Source of the DNA: a bacterium
Lineage (GTDB): Bacteria > UBA8248
Assembly: GCA_965261085.1 (NCBI GenBank)
Contig: OZ253442.1
Coordinates: forward strand, 992,001-1,056,000
Reading direction: 5' to 3'
Length of the DNA: 64,000 nucleotides
Below the pieces are notes generated by a model. The model made no database searches and was not told the DNA's origin. It saw only the letters and a program-made list of their open reading frames with translations. Below, one piece after another: positions 19,637 to 30,209 of this stretch (position 1 is the first letter of the stretch; each line of letters begins with the position of its first letter). Both the position numbers and the translations under genes were made by a program.

Positions 19637-19984
19637 TTGGGCGAACGCGAAGCCTGCCTGATAAGGCCGGAAACCCAGAAATACAAAGTTCTCGACGGCG
19701 GGGCGCAAGCCTGGCGGATGACTTCGCGAGAAGACCACGGCTGGAACGTCGACGCCTGGCTGACGGTTTTTCGTCCGGGCGAGACCCACGAATGGCACGA
19801 TCACGAAGAAGACGAACTCATCTACATCATCAATGGCGAAGGCCGATACGAACTCGAGGATAAGAGCATCGAGTTTCGAGGGGGAGACTGTATTTTCCTT
19901 CCCCGGAAAACCATGCACCGGAGCATGACGGGAGGAAAGAAGGATGTAAAGCTGCTAGCCATATTTCACCCGGCGAGAGAGTAA
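19637..19984 (+). CDS. Cupin domain protein
   Basis: WHDHEEDELIYIING and FLPRKTMH. Confidence 0.8.
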   Translation: MGEREACLIRPETQKYKVLDGGAQAWRMTSREDHGWNVDAWLTVFRPGETHEWHDHEEDELIYIINGEGRYELEDKSIEFRGGDCIFLPRKTMHRSMTGGKKDVKLLAIFHPARE

Positions 19985-20065
19985 AAAGGAGCTCTTGGTC
20001 GGTTTTGGTCGTTTTATCTCTGAATGACGTAGAGGCAGTGAGTTCTCAATCGTGGAGGAGAAAAA

Positions 20066-21061
20066 ATGAAAAAGTTCGGTCTGGTTTTGATTGCAACGTT
20101 TGTCGTATTGGGCATGGCCTCGAATGCGCTGGCCGCGAAAGGCGTCATTAACTTGATTCACGACAACACCTCGCATGCCGCCATCCCCTACATCGCTGAA
20201 AAGAAGGGCTTTTACAAAGCCGAGGGGGTCAACGTGAAGCGCCGGGTCACGAGCCCCCGCGCGCTGATTGACGCTCTCATCGGCGGCACCGCCGACATCA
20301 TCAGCACGCGCGGCTCCCGCGTGGGCCAAATCGCCGCCCGTGGGCTGGACGTCGTGGGCATCGCGCTCAACCGCTACGGGAACCAGAACATGGTGCTCGT
20401 GCCCATGAAGGACAAGACCACCAAGTCGATCATGGACCTCAAGGGCAAGACCGTGGGCGCGCAGATGGGTACGGGAACCTGGGCCACCTGGATGACGTAT
20501 CTCTCGCGCATCGGTTTGTCGGAAAAGGACTTCAAGATCCGCAACACGAAAACCGGTTCGCTGCCCGCCGCCTTCGAGACCGGCGCGCTGGATGCGGGGC
20601 TGACCTGGGAGCCCTGGGGTTCGATCATCGTCGACAAGGGCCTGGGCCGGATGGTCATGGGACCGAAGGAATATGACGACCTGCTGGGCTACACTTCCCC
20701 CGTCTTCCTGACGAGTTCGTGGTCCTACATCAAGAAGGAAAACCCCGACGGCGCGCAGCGTTTCATGAACGCCCACGTTCGCGCGATGCGTTTCATAAAC
20801 CGCAACAGGGATGAGTCCACGAAGATAGTGCAGGAGTTCTGGAAGAGCCAGGGCTTCGACTTCGACCTCAAGAAGGTGAAGAGCAATCTCTACAGGTTCA
20901 TGCGCTGGGATCGCGCAATGATCACGCATAGAGATATCAAGGAAGTGCAGGACGGTGTGGACGTCAGCGTGAAGAAGGGCAAGCTGCCCAAGAGCGTCGA
21001 CGTCACCGCTCACATCGACACCCAGTTGGTGGAGAACGCCTACTTTAATTTGATGAAGTAA
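20066..21061 (+). CDS. NitT/TauT family ABC substrate-binding protein
   Basis: Signal peptide, IAEKKGFYKAEG, DLKGKTVG, TWEPW. Confidence 0.88.
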   Translation: MKKFGLVLIATFVVLGMASNALAAKGVINLIHDNTSHAAIPYIAEKKGFYKAEGVNVKRRVTSPRALIDALIGGTADIISTRGSRVGQIAARGLDVVGIALNRYGNQNMVLVPMKDKTTKSIMDLKGKTVGAQMGTGTWATWMTYLSRIGLSEKDFKIRNTKTGSLPAAFETGALDAGLTWEPWGSIIVDKGLGRMVMGPKEYDDLLGYTSPVFLTSSWSYIKKENPDGAQRFMNAHVRAMRFINRNRDESTKIVQEFWKSQGFDFDLKKVKSNLYRFMRWDRAMITHRDIKEVQDGVDVSVKKGKLPKSVDVTAHIDTQLVENAYFNLMK

Positions 21062-21091
21062 GGCGAGATAACCCGAAACACTTTTCCCCCT

Positions 21092-21128
21092 GCCCCTCCG
21101 GAAGGATGATTCATCCCTCTGGAGGGGC
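21092..21128 (+). terminator. Intra-operon stem-loop after the substrate-binding gene
   Basis: GCCCCTCCGGAAGGATGA-TTC-ATCCCTCTGGAGGGGC. Confidence 0.55.
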
Positions 21129-21176
21129 GTGAGGGATTTGCACGCGTATCGAATGAGTCGAGGAGAATCAGGAATC

Positions 21177-22526
21177 ATGGATGAGCTTCAAAAGAAAGTC
21201 GTCGACGCGGTAGATGAGGAGTTCCTCGTAAAAACCACCATGGAACTCGTGGATATACCGAGCCCCACCGGATCGGAGGAGGAGGCGGCCCGCTACATGC
21301 ACGCGAAGTACGAGGAGGCCGGCTTCGAGGCGCATCTGCAAAAGGTGGCCGAGGGCCGCTACAACGCGGTCGGCATTTCGCCGGGCGCCGGCGGCGGCTA
21401 TTCCCTGATGTTCAACGGCCATCTGGATACTTCCTATTCCGGAGAGGAGCCCGAACTCACCCAGCCGGGCTACAAGAACAAGGCGATTCGCGAAGGGGAC
21501 TGGATTTTCGGAAACGGCGCGGCCAACATGAAAAGCGCCGATGTCGCCTACCTCGGCGCGGCGAAGGCCCTCGCGGACGCGGGCGTGGAACTCAAGGGTG
21601 ACATCGTCCTGGCCTCCGTCGTGGGAGAGATTGAAAAAAACCGGATCGATCAATACCAGGACGTGCTTTATGACGGCTACGGCGTCGGTACCCGCCACCT
21701 CATTTCGCACGGTTACCTGACAGATTTTTGCATTCTTGGTGAACCCACCGGCATGCAGGTGGCGCCCTGGCACGGGGGTACGATGTGGTTCAAAATCATT
21801 ACGCGGGGGCTGATGGGCCATACCTGCTATGGCGACTATACGGCCAGCGCTATTGAGCGGATGGAAAGGGTGCAGGCGGCCATCCGGAAATGGATTCCCG
21901 AATACCGGGGACGCAATGAATTTCTGGGGGAACGCCCCCACGTGAACATCGCCGCCATCGAGGGCGGATGGCCTTATCGCTGTGCGCGCTCGCCCATCGA
22001 GTGCCGTCTTTACGTGGACGTACGCTTGGTTCCGGGACAAAGGGTTCAGGACGTGGAGGTGGAATTCAAGGCGATGATCGCGCAAGTGAACGAAGAGCAG
22101 CCCGACATCGGGGCCAAGGTCGAGGTGTTCTCATCGCATCCGCCCTCGGGCATTCCCGTCGATTCGCTGCCTTCCAAGGCGATGATCCAGGCGCACGAGC
22201 AAATCATGGGGGAGAAGCCCAACATCATCGTGAAGACTTCCTATCTCGACGCCGCCCACATGAACCGCTACGGCATTCAGACCATCACTTACGGATTGGC
22301 GGGCCGAACGGCGACGGCGGGTTACGGCTGGAACGCCGATATCGGCGAGCACATCCACGTCGACGCGCTGGTGGACACGACAAAAATATTCGCCCTCGCA
22401 GCGCTGGATCTGTGCACGCGGGAGCGTAACGCCTCCGCCATCGCGCAGGACCCCTACGCGAACCTGCCCGAGCCCGGACAAATAGAAGCTCTCGGAAGCG
22501 GACGAATAACGGCTCTCGGAAGCTGA
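21177..22526 (+). CDS. M20 metallopeptidase/deacylase (ArgE/DapE-like)
   Basis: FNGHLDT, GAANMK, VGEIE, ILGEPT. Confidence 0.85.
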   Translation: MDELQKKVVDAVDEEFLVKTTMELVDIPSPTGSEEEAARYMHAKYEEAGFEAHLQKVAEGRYNAVGISPGAGGGYSLMFNGHLDTSYSGEEPELTQPGYKNKAIREGDWIFGNGAANMKSADVAYLGAAKALADAGVELKGDIVLASVVGEIEKNRIDQYQDVLYDGYGVGTRHLISHGYLTDFCILGEPTGMQVAPWHGGTMWFKIITRGLMGHTCYGDYTASAIERMERVQAAIRKWIPEYRGRNEFLGERPHVNIAAIEGGWPYRCARSPIECRLYVDVRLVPGQRVQDVEVEFKAMIAQVNEEQPDIGAKVEVFSSHPPSGIPVDSLPSKAMIQAHEQIMGEKPNIIVKTSYLDAAHMNRYGIQTITYGLAGRTATAGYGWNADIGEHIHVDALVDTTKIFALAALDLCTRERNASAIAQDPYANLPEPGQIEALGSGRITALGS

Positions 22527-22540
22527 GAAAGGAAATATTC

Positions 22541-23401
22541 GTGGCGACGGCCGATAAAGCGCAAGGGCAGCCCGGAGCAGCGCCGGGGACAGAGAGAAAA
22601 CTCGGGCCTCCGAACTGGAACGTGGTTTTCCGAAACTCCGGTAAAGCGCTCTTTCAGATGACGGCGCCTCTCATCGGGTTGCTCATCTTCTGGGAGTTGC
22701 TCGCGCATTCGGGAACGCTTCATCCCGTCCTTTTTCCACCACTGGAAGTCATCTGGTTCACGATGGTGAAGCAGGCGAAATCCGGTCTTCTCTGGCTCGA
22801 CATCTACGTTTCACTTTACCGGCTCCTGATCGGGGCGGCTCTCGCCATCGTTTCGGGAACCCTGGTCGGGTTGGTGATGGGAATGAACAAGACGGTGGAA
22901 CGGGCTCTCGCGCCGCCGATGTACTTTTTTCTGGCCGTGCCGGGTCTCGCGCTGTTTCCCATCGTCATCCTGTGGTTCGGGCTGAGTGATTTCACCCTCA
23001 TATCCGTGCTCTGGTTCGAGGGAATGATCACCGTGATGGTGAGCGCATGGACGGGGGTGAAGACCGTGGATGCGTCCCTCATCCGCGCGGGCAGGGCCAT
23101 GGGCGCGCAGGGCATGACGCTCTTCTTCCAGGTGATGGTTCCGGGCGCGATGCCGAGCCTGATCGCGGGCTACCGCATCGCGTTCAGCCGCGCCTGGCGC
23201 ATCGTCGTGACCGGCGAGATGATAGTCGCCCTCGAGGCGGGGCTTGGTTTTCGGATTTTCTCGGCCCGGGATTTCCTGGCGGCGGATATGATGTACGGAG
23301 GCGTGGTGGTCGTCGGAATCCTGGGCGTGATCGTAGAGCGTGTTTTCTTGCGGAGCATCGAGCTGGCCACGGTCCAGCGTTGGGGAACGCTGCGCGAATA
23401 A
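22541..23401 (+). CDS. NitT/TauT ABC permease
   Basis: LIRAGRAMGA loop, WRIVVTGEM, GLGF. Confidence 0.9.
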   Translation: MATADKAQGQPGAAPGTERKLGPPNWNVVFRNSGKALFQMTAPLIGLLIFWELLAHSGTLHPVLFPPLEVIWFTMVKQAKSGLLWLDIYVSLYRLLIGAALAIVSGTLVGLVMGMNKTVERALAPPMYFFLAVPGLALFPIVILWFGLSDFTLISVLWFEGMITVMVSAWTGVKTVDASLIRAGRAMGAQGMTLFFQVMVPGAMPSLIAGYRIAFSRAWRIVVTGEMIVALEAGLGFRIFSARDFLAADMMYGGVVVVGILGVIVERVFLRSIELATVQRWGTLRE

Positions 23402-23421
23402 AGCAGTGATAGGAGAGTGTC

Positions 23422-24237
23422 TTGGCGATTCAGGGCCCTGTAAAACTGCAGGTCAAGGATTTGGGAAAAATCTTCACCATCGACGAGGGATGGGGGAGGA
23501 CCACGGACATCACCGCTCTCGAAGGGGTGAACTTCGACGTCCGCGCGGGTGAGTTCGTTTCCCTGATCGGGCCGAGCGGCTGCGGCAAGAGCACGCTGCT
23601 GATGATAGTGGCGGGGCTGTATGACAAAACCTCGGGCGACGTCGTCTTGGACGATCACCACATCGACGGCACGGGTTTTGACCGCGGCGTCGTGTTCCAG
23701 GAGTTCGCCGTTTTCCCCTGGCTGACGGTCTCGGGAAACGTCCGCTTCGGCATGCGCATGAAGGGAATACCCAAAGCCGAGCGCGACCCCGTCGTCGAGC
23801 GCCTTCTGGGGCTAGTGGAGCTCCAGGGCTTCAAGAACATCTATCCCTACCGGCTCTCCGGCGGAATGAAGCAGCGGGTGGGCATCGCGCGCGCGCTGGC
23901 CTTCGACCCCGATGTGATGCTCATGGATGAGCCCTTCGGCGCTCTCGACGCCCAGACACGCTCGACCCTTCAGCAGCTTCTCGTGCAGGTATGGATGGAA
24001 ACCCACAAGACCGTGCTCTTCGTGACGCATAGCGTTCGCGAGGCGGCCTATCTCTCCGACAGGGTGCTCATGATGTCCCCTCGTCCGGGGCGGATAGCGG
24101 AGGAGATCAAGATCGACCTGCCGCGCCCGCGCGATGCGCTTTCAGTCGAATTTCTCGAATGTGAAAGAAAGGTGGCCGAGACGCTGGCCAGGCTCACGGG
24201 GCAGTCCGATGGCGGACCCGCCTGGGTAACGGATTAA
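23422..24237 (+). CDS. NitT/TauT ABC ATP-binding protein
   Basis: GPSGCGKS, LSGGMKQR, LMDEPFGALD. Confidence 0.93.
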   Translation: MAIQGPVKLQVKDLGKIFTIDEGWGRTTDITALEGVNFDVRAGEFVSLIGPSGCGKSTLLMIVAGLYDKTSGDVVLDDHHIDGTGFDRGVVFQEFAVFPWLTVSGNVRFGMRMKGIPKAERDPVVERLLGLVELQGFKNIYPYRLSGGMKQRVGIARALAFDPDVMLMDEPFGALDAQTRSTLQQLLVQVWMETHKTVLFVTHSVREAAYLSDRVLMMSPRPGRIAEEIKIDLPRPRDALSVEFLECERKVAETLARLTGQSDGGPAWVTD

Positions 24238-24264
24238 ATGAAAACCTAAAGAGGAAGCGACAAG

Positions 24265-24702
24265 ATGATCCAGAGACAGTTCATGCAGCCCGACGATATG
24301 TGGTCCCGCGTGGAAAACGGAGTGTTGCTCTACGTGCCCGTGGTGACGATTCATGGCGCGGACCACGCCCACGTCTATCTTTCCGGCCAGGTGCCCCGAA
24401 GGCCGAGCGGCGAGGTGGTAGGCGTGGGCGACATGCGCACCCAGATAAGGGTGACGTGCGAGAACATCGGCAAGGGACTGGCCCACGCGGGCGCGACGTT
24501 CAACGACATCGTCAGCTCCACAACGTATGTCACCGACATCATGGAGTACTACAAGCATTCCGATGAGCGCTTTAAATACTTCAAGGACGTCCGTCCGGCC
24601 AGCACGCTGATCGAAATCTCCCGGCTGGGCCCCCCGGATGCGATGATCGAGATTACGGTGGAGGCCATCATCGAGCCCGAGCGGCTGCGCGTCCAGCCGT
24701 AA
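24265..24702 (+). CDS. RidA/YjgF family protein
   Basis: VYLSGQ, PASTLIEISRL, MIEI. Confidence 0.85.
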   Translation: MIQRQFMQPDDMWSRVENGVLLYVPVVTIHGADHAHVYLSGQVPRRPSGEVVGVGDMRTQIRVTCENIGKGLAHAGATFNDIVSSTTYVTDIMEYYKHSDERFKYFKDVRPASTLIEISRLGPPDAMIEITVEAIIEPERLRVQP

Positions 24703-24903
24703 GCGCGACCCCTGAAAGAATGAGGGTAAGTCCTCGCTTTCGGTCAAGTCCATCAGGCCAAAAGGCACGTCATCGCTCTATCAAAAGATCACAGCTTCAA
24801 CTTCTCGGCGAGTAGGTGCTTCGATTTGCTTGGATGTTCTCGTGTCTAGAGGCGCTTTCTTGCTTTTACTTGCATCTCTCATTCAAGCGAGTAAAGCTGA
24901 CAA

Positions 24904-25347
24904 TCAACTTTCTTTCAATCCCGGGTGAATGGCTTCTATACATTCGTTGGCGATCAGGTCTCCGATTAACTCCTCATCCGGGAAATCCGGCAGCCCCAAT
25001 ATCTCGCTATGAGATGGATCGGCCTCATGATTGCCTATGGCGTTTAACGGCTTGTGTACGAAGCGAATATCAGAGAGTTGTTCTTTAAGATGTTGTTTTG
25101 TGGTGCCTACGTTTAGTTCGGCGAATCGCCCATTATTGCGTATTCCCATTCTGGACAAACGCCTTATTTCATCAAGCTGTTGTGGTTTGGCAAGGTCTTC
25201 GAAATAGTCCATCCAATGTACGGACAAACCACTCTCGTTTTGTCGTAACTGGAAAGCGGAACCATGCACGCCCTCATCTTCATCAAATTGAGATGGTTTG
25301 ACGTAGCGGACGACATGGTTCTTATTGGCTAAATCGTCACCAGTCAT
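24904..25347 (-). CDS. Hypothetical protein, possible ADP-ribosyltransferase/RES-like toxin
   Basis: VVRY, AFQLR..E..LSVHW and SHSEI pattern; ATGA overlap with the upstream gene. Confidence 0.55.
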   Translation of the reverse strand: MTGDDLANKNHVVRYVKPSQFDEDEGVHGSAFQLRQNESGLSVHWMDYFEDLAKPQQLDEIRRLSRMGIRNNGRFAELNVGTTKQHLKEQLSDIRFVHKPLNAIGNHEADPSHSEILGLPDFPDEELIGDLIANECIEAIHPGLKES

Positions 25348-26054
25348 CCATTCTCCAGCATCGTGATACCGAAAGCGCGAACCTGCTTTTTTACCCCTTC
25401 CAGCGTATCGATACCGCTCACTCTCGAAACTTTCCCGGACGCTGGTCGTCGTTTGAATATCACATACCTTGTAGACTGGTCGCCGAGAAACTGAAGACCA
25501 ATGTGTGTTTTATCGTCTCCTTTCCAGACAGCGCGAAGGTTTCCGTTGTCTAAGAGAAACACTCCCGCTTTCTTGGCCAATGGAATAGACTTAACGAACG
25601 ACCAAAAATCCGTTTCTGATGCTTCTCTTATATCGGAGCAATCATCATCATCTGCAGCAAAGCCACGAAGTTCTTTAATGCGATTCACATAAGCCAGATA
25701 GATATTTCTCTTTTTCGTTTCTCTCTCTACAAGTTCTGTGTCGTATCTGTTTAGTAGTTCACCCTCTTCAGTCCACGCCCAGTTAGACGTATAAGTGGGT
25801 TGAGATGGCCATGCCACAACGCATTGGACGAAGCGTTCATATGGCGTTACCTGTTTGTCATCAATAAAGCCGAGAGGAACTCGGGGATAAGAGAGCCTGG
25901 CATTCCATTGACGCCTCAAATGGTTCATCTGCTCTCGTTCGACATCTGCTTTTTCTTCAGGCACTAAATATATTTGATCGCCAAGCACCCTTATTTCCTG
26001 AGAGACAGATTCTGGAGAGAAACTACCTGAAAGAGATATAGCCGTCTCGGCCAT
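25344..26054 (-). CDS. Hypothetical protein, possible antitoxin
   Basis: 236-aa ORF in the middle of a tightly coupled low-GC operon. Confidence 0.6.
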   Translation of the reverse strand: MAETAISLSGSFSPESVSQEIRVLGDQIYLVPEEKADVEREQMNHLRRQWNARLSYPRVPLGFIDDKQVTPYERFVQCVVAWPSQPTYTSNWAWTEEGELLNRYDTELVERETKKRNIYLAYVNRIKELRGFAADDDDCSDIREASETDFWSFVKSIPLAKKAGVFLLDNGNLRAVWKGDDKTHIGLQFLGDQSTRYVIFKRRPASGKVSRVSGIDTLEGVKKQVRAFGITMLENG

Positions 26055-26057
26055 GCT

Positions 26058-26861
26058 TTATGACGTCTCCTCTAGCTGAATCCAGTGTTCTTTCCGAATG
26101 TCAGGACTTGTCATTTCCTCAAAACACTTGAGGATAGCATCGTGCGCAAGCTCGAACCACTCGTCTGCTCTTGATTTCGACACCCCACCAAGTTTGCCGC
26201 TAGCTTTGATGTCGAATACCAACCTATGAGTCTCTGGCTGTTGTTCCAACGTCCCTGCTCGTATGCCTAGCACTAGTTGTAAATTGGGAGTCATGTTGAA
26301 AGCGTATTGAGAGACAAATCCTGCGGACTCTCCTCCCCCCACTCCAGAGGAGAGCGTTGAAGACGCAGGAATGATTTTAGGCGTATCTTGCGGGCCTTTC
26401 CAATATACGCAAGGTCCCACGGTATTAACGTAGGTCAACTCGCATGCGTAGATGGATATATTCGGGACATTCACTTCTGTTCGAATGAACTCATCGAAAA
26501 TGCCATAGTATTTATCAAATGCAGGTTTGATATCGGCATGATAACGTGGGTATGCGTTGTCGTCTCTGCGACGCCAATTAAACATAAAGGCATTTTTTTG
26601 TATCTGGATGAGCCTTACATCATCCCCCGCAATAAACCAATAGCGAGGCATTGGGAAAAATTCCTCGGGAACAGGACCAACATCTGGTGCTATGCCCATT
26701 GGAACTTGCTGTTTTACCGTGGGGAAGTCCTCTTTTATTTTCGCCCAAAAAAGACCGATGTGCTCGTTGCGAAAATCGGTTAATGGAGGGTTGAAATATG
26801 TAGATAAGATGACCTCGTTGATCGGCGGGTTCTTGAACGCTATAGTCATTTGGTGTCTCAA
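26058..26861 (-). CDS. TIGR04255 family protein (ATG start may be 26849)
   Basis: FKNPPINEV, RYWF, LIQIQ..FMFNWR, YPRY, ELTYVN. Confidence 0.8.
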   Translation of the reverse strand: MRHQMTIAFKNPPINEVILSTYFNPPLTDFRNEHIGLFWAKIKEDFPTVKQQVPMGIAPDVGPVPEEFFPMPRYWFIAGDDVRLIQIQKNAFMFNWRRRDDNAYPRYHADIKPAFDKYYGIFDEFIRTEVNVPNISIYACELTYVNTVGPCVYWKGPQDTPKIIPASSTLSSGVGGGESAGFVSQYAFNMTPNLQLVLGIRAGTLEQQPETHRLVFDIKASGKLGGVSKSRADEWFELAHDAILKCFEEMTSPDIRKEHWIQLEETS

Positions 26862-27044
26862 ATTGTTCTGATCGTATCGGACAGAGTTGCCAACTGTGTT
26901 ACGGCAACCGCATCAAATATAAACTTTTATTAGTCTGTATGACAAGCGAGTTACCGGTTGCCAAATGACCGGCGGCGTTTACCCCGGGCGGGTGATCGTG
27001 TAAGTTTCGGTTATCTTCCATCCCAAAAATCTCGGGAGTCTCGC

Positions 27045-28430
27045 ATGGATGAGCTCAGGGTTTTATCCGTTTGTGGCAATCTCGGCTACGGGTTTCCGGA
27101 AGCCTCTCTCCAAAACGGCCTGGCGCAGGACCCGCACATTATGGGGGCGGACAACGGCTCGACCGACGCGGGGCCCTATTATCTCGGTAGCGGCGACCAA
27201 CTCACCAAGCGCGCGCAGATTCTTCGCGACCTGGGCTTTTCGCTGGCCGCCGCCAGAAAGAAGAAGATTCCCTACATCATAGGCTCCGCCGGGACGGCGG
27301 GCGGAAACCCCCACGTGGACAGCGTGCTCGACGTGATGCACGAACTGGCGCGGCGCGACGGACACCGCTTCAAGCTCGCCGTGATCCGCTCCGAAATGGA
27401 CAAGGAGTTCGTGAAGCGCGCCGTTCGGGAAAAAAGAACGCGCACCCTGGGGAAACTCCCCGAACTCACCGAAGAGATGGTGGACGAGAGTGTCCGCATC
27501 GTGGGCCAGATGGGCCTGGAACCTTTCATGACGGCCCTGGAGGGCGGTGCGGACGTCGTACTCGCAGGGCGTTCCTGCGACACGGCCATCTACACCTCTT
27601 ACGCCGCGATGCGCGGATTCGATCTCGGCCTCGCCTTCCACATGGCGAAAATTATCGAGTGCGGCGCGCAGTGCGCCATGCCCATCGGGGCGAACGACTG
27701 CATTCTGGGCACGCTGCGTGAAGATCATTTCGTGCTCGAACCGATGAACGAGGGGATGCGGGTGACGCCCAACTCCGTGGCGGCCCACATGATGTACGAA
27801 CAACCCGATCCTTATTTGTTCTACGAACCGGAAGGGATGATCGATCTCAAAAACTCAGAGTTCGAACAGATCAGCGCGCGCTGCGTGCGGGTGAGCGGCA
27901 GCCGCTTCGTGCCCGCCGAAACCCCCACAATCAAGATCGAGGGCGTGCGCCTCAGGGGATACCGCACCATCGCCGTGGCCGGAATGACGGACCCGCGCCT
28001 GCTCGCGAGCCTCGATGACGTGGAGGCGAGCGTAAAGAGCACCGTCGCGGAGATGGTTCGGGGCACATTGTCACCCGAGGACTACGAACTGCGCTTCATC
28101 TTCTATGGGCGAGACGGCGTGCTGGGCCGACCGACTCCGGCCGGCCCACGACCGGGGCCGGATGGGCCGGGCGCCCCACGGGAAGTCGGCGTGGTCATGG
28201 AGGCCATCGCGAAGGATCAGCAAACGGCGAACGCGGTGTTGTCCCTGACGCGGAGCACGTTTTTGCATTGCGGCTTCGAGGGTAGAAAAGCCACCGCGGG
28301 GAACCTCGCCTTCCCGTTTTCACCCTCAGATTTCGAGGGGGGGCCGGTGTATGAGTTTCATATCTATCATCTCGTGGAACTCGAAGACGCCGCCGCACCC
28401 TTCGAGGTCGAATTCGCGCAGGTGGGCTGA
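27045..28430 (+). CDS. Acyclic terpene utilization AtuA-like (DUF1446) protein
   Basis: GNLGYGFP, GSTDAGPYYLG, GADVVLAGRSCD, HMAKIIECG. Confidence 0.82.
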   Translation: MDELRVLSVCGNLGYGFPEASLQNGLAQDPHIMGADNGSTDAGPYYLGSGDQLTKRAQILRDLGFSLAAARKKKIPYIIGSAGTAGGNPHVDSVLDVMHELARRDGHRFKLAVIRSEMDKEFVKRAVREKRTRTLGKLPELTEEMVDESVRIVGQMGLEPFMTALEGGADVVLAGRSCDTAIYTSYAAMRGFDLGLAFHMAKIIECGAQCAMPIGANDCILGTLREDHFVLEPMNEGMRVTPNSVAAHMMYEQPDPYLFYEPEGMIDLKNSEFEQISARCVRVSGSRFVPAETPTIKIEGVRLRGYRTIAVAGMTDPRLLASLDDVEASVKSTVAEMVRGTLSPEDYELRFIFYGRDGVLGRPTPAGPRPGPDGPGAPREVGVVMEAIAKDQQTANAVLSLTRSTFLHCGFEGRKATAGNLAFPFSPSDFEGGPVYEFHIYHLVELEDAAAPFEVEFAQVG

Positions 28431-28432
28431 GA

Positions 28433-28744
28433 ATGGAGCGGCTCTACGACTTAGCCGAAGTGCTGCGAAGCAAGAACGCAGGCCCCCTGCACATTACGCT
28501 GGATCTGCTGTTCGCAGACGAGGCGACCTACAAGCGGGTCGCCGACAGTGAGGCGCTCACGCCGGGCGTCGTTTCCGAGTTGTATGAGATGGCGCCCGAG
28601 GACGTGAAGATCGTCCATTTCGATGCGGCCAACGCCATCAAGATCACCATACCGAGAAAGGGGCCGACCTCGGGCGCGCCGGGCGACCGCGACGTGTACG
28701 GAGCGCAGCAGCACGGTCCGCTGCTCGGTCTCATGATTCCCTGA
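28433..28744 (+). CDS. DUF4387 family protein
   Basis: LRSKNAGP and DVYGAQQH. Confidence 0.85.
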   Translation: MERLYDLAEVLRSKNAGPLHITLDLLFADEATYKRVADSEALTPGVVSELYEMAPEDVKIVHFDAANAIKITIPRKGPTSGAPGDRDVYGAQQHGPLLGLMIP

Positions 28745-28785
28745 AATCCCAGACTTTCCCCTGCCGGGGAGGAGGAGGTTTTCTG

Positions 28786-30171
28786 ATGGATGTCGAACGC
28801 GTCATCGCGCAAATCGAAGCGGATTTCGAATCTTCCCACATCGAGCGTCTCATGAAGTACATACGCCAGCCGAGCGTCTCCGCCCTGAACCTGGGAAACC
28901 CGGAAATGGCGCGGATGCTGGCCGATGAGATCATCGAGGTCGGCGGAGAGGCGGAGGTGGTGGAAACGGCGGAGTTTCCCGTCGTTTACGGCCTGATCGA
29001 CGAGGGAGCAGATCGCACCCTCCTTTGCCACGGCCTCTACGACGTGACGCCGGCCGAAGAACCCAACTGGATTAACCCTCCCTTCGACCCCCAGATCCAG
29101 GAACTCGAAGGCCTCGGGCCTTGCATCGTGGGCCGGGGTGCGGAGGACATGAAGACCGGCATCGCCAGCGTGATGAACACCGTCTACGCGGCGCGCGCCG
29201 CAGGCGAGAAGCTCCCGCTCAATCTGATGTTCGTGCATGAGGCGTCCGAACTCGGCAGCGGCGGCATCAAGGATTTCTTCCCCCGCTACAAGGAGAAGAT
29301 GCAAAAGGCGAACGCGGCCTACTGGATCTGTCCGATGGGGCAGACCGACGGCACGCCGATCGTCCCGCTCGGTCTCAAGGGCAACCTGATGGGCAGGCTG
29401 TTCTGCCGTCCCGGAGATTGGGGCGGGCCTGTGGGCAACGAGATTCACGCGCTCAACTGCAACTGGATAGGCAATCCGGCGGAGCACATCGTCGAGGCGA
29501 TTGCCTATCTGCAGGGAAGACTGGAGGAGATTTATCAAAACGGCGAGGGATGGACGCCGAGCGACGCCGAAGAAGATTTGTGCCGCCGGTTGTCGGAGCG
29601 CATGGACCCCGAAAGAATGAAGCAAAGCCTGGGGGTCAAGCGTTTTCGGCAGGATGATTTCCATGCCGCCGTTCATTCCCACCTGTTCAAGGCGGAATTC
29701 ACCCTCACGGGCCTTCAGGCGGGCTTCGTAGGCGAGGGGAAATCCGTGAAGGTCAGCATTCCTTCGGAAGCCCAGGCCGTGGTGAACATGCGTTTTCAGC
29801 CGGGCGAAGACCCCGATGAGCGCATAGAGAACGTCCGCAACATCCTGGCCGAGGGTGGTTACGGCGACGTCGAGTTCGTCGTGAACAACCATTACGCGGG
29901 TGGCGGAACGCCGCTCGAGCATCCTCTGATCCAGTGTTTTCTGCAGGCCCATGCGGATATGGGCGCGGACCCCGAGGTCTGGCCCGTGCACCCGGCGGGG
30001 ATGCCCGTGGCCTTGTGGACGGAAGAGTTGGGCGTACCCTGGATCGGCGGGCTGCCGTGTAACGCCATGCGAAAACATGCGGCGAATGAATACGCGCAGG
30101 TGTCGGGAATTCTCCAGTCCGAGAAATTCCTCGCGCACCTGTTCGAGGGATTCTCGAAACTCACATATTGA
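28786..30171 (+). CDS. M20/M25/M40 metallo-hydrolase
   Basis: YDVTP, PPFDP, GRGAEDMK, HAANE. Confidence 0.85.
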   Translation: MDVERVIAQIEADFESSHIERLMKYIRQPSVSALNLGNPEMARMLADEIIEVGGEAEVVETAEFPVVYGLIDEGADRTLLCHGLYDVTPAEEPNWINPPFDPQIQELEGLGPCIVGRGAEDMKTGIASVMNTVYAARAAGEKLPLNLMFVHEASELGSGGIKDFFPRYKEKMQKANAAYWICPMGQTDGTPIVPLGLKGNLMGRLFCRPGDWGGPVGNEIHALNCNWIGNPAEHIVEAIAYLQGRLEEIYQNGEGWTPSDAEEDLCRRLSERMDPERMKQSLGVKRFRQDDFHAAVHSHLFKAEFTLTGLQAGFVGEGKSVKVSIPSEAQAVVNMRFQPGEDPDERIENVRNILAEGGYGDVEFVVNNHYAGGGTPLEHPLIQCFLQAHADMGADPEVWPVHPAGMPVALWTEELGVPWIGGLPCNAMRKHAANEYAQVSGILQSEKFLAHLFEGFSKLTY

Positions 30172-30209
30172 TTCCGCCCATGTCTCCAGGCTCCGAGCCT
30201 CTTTTCGCA

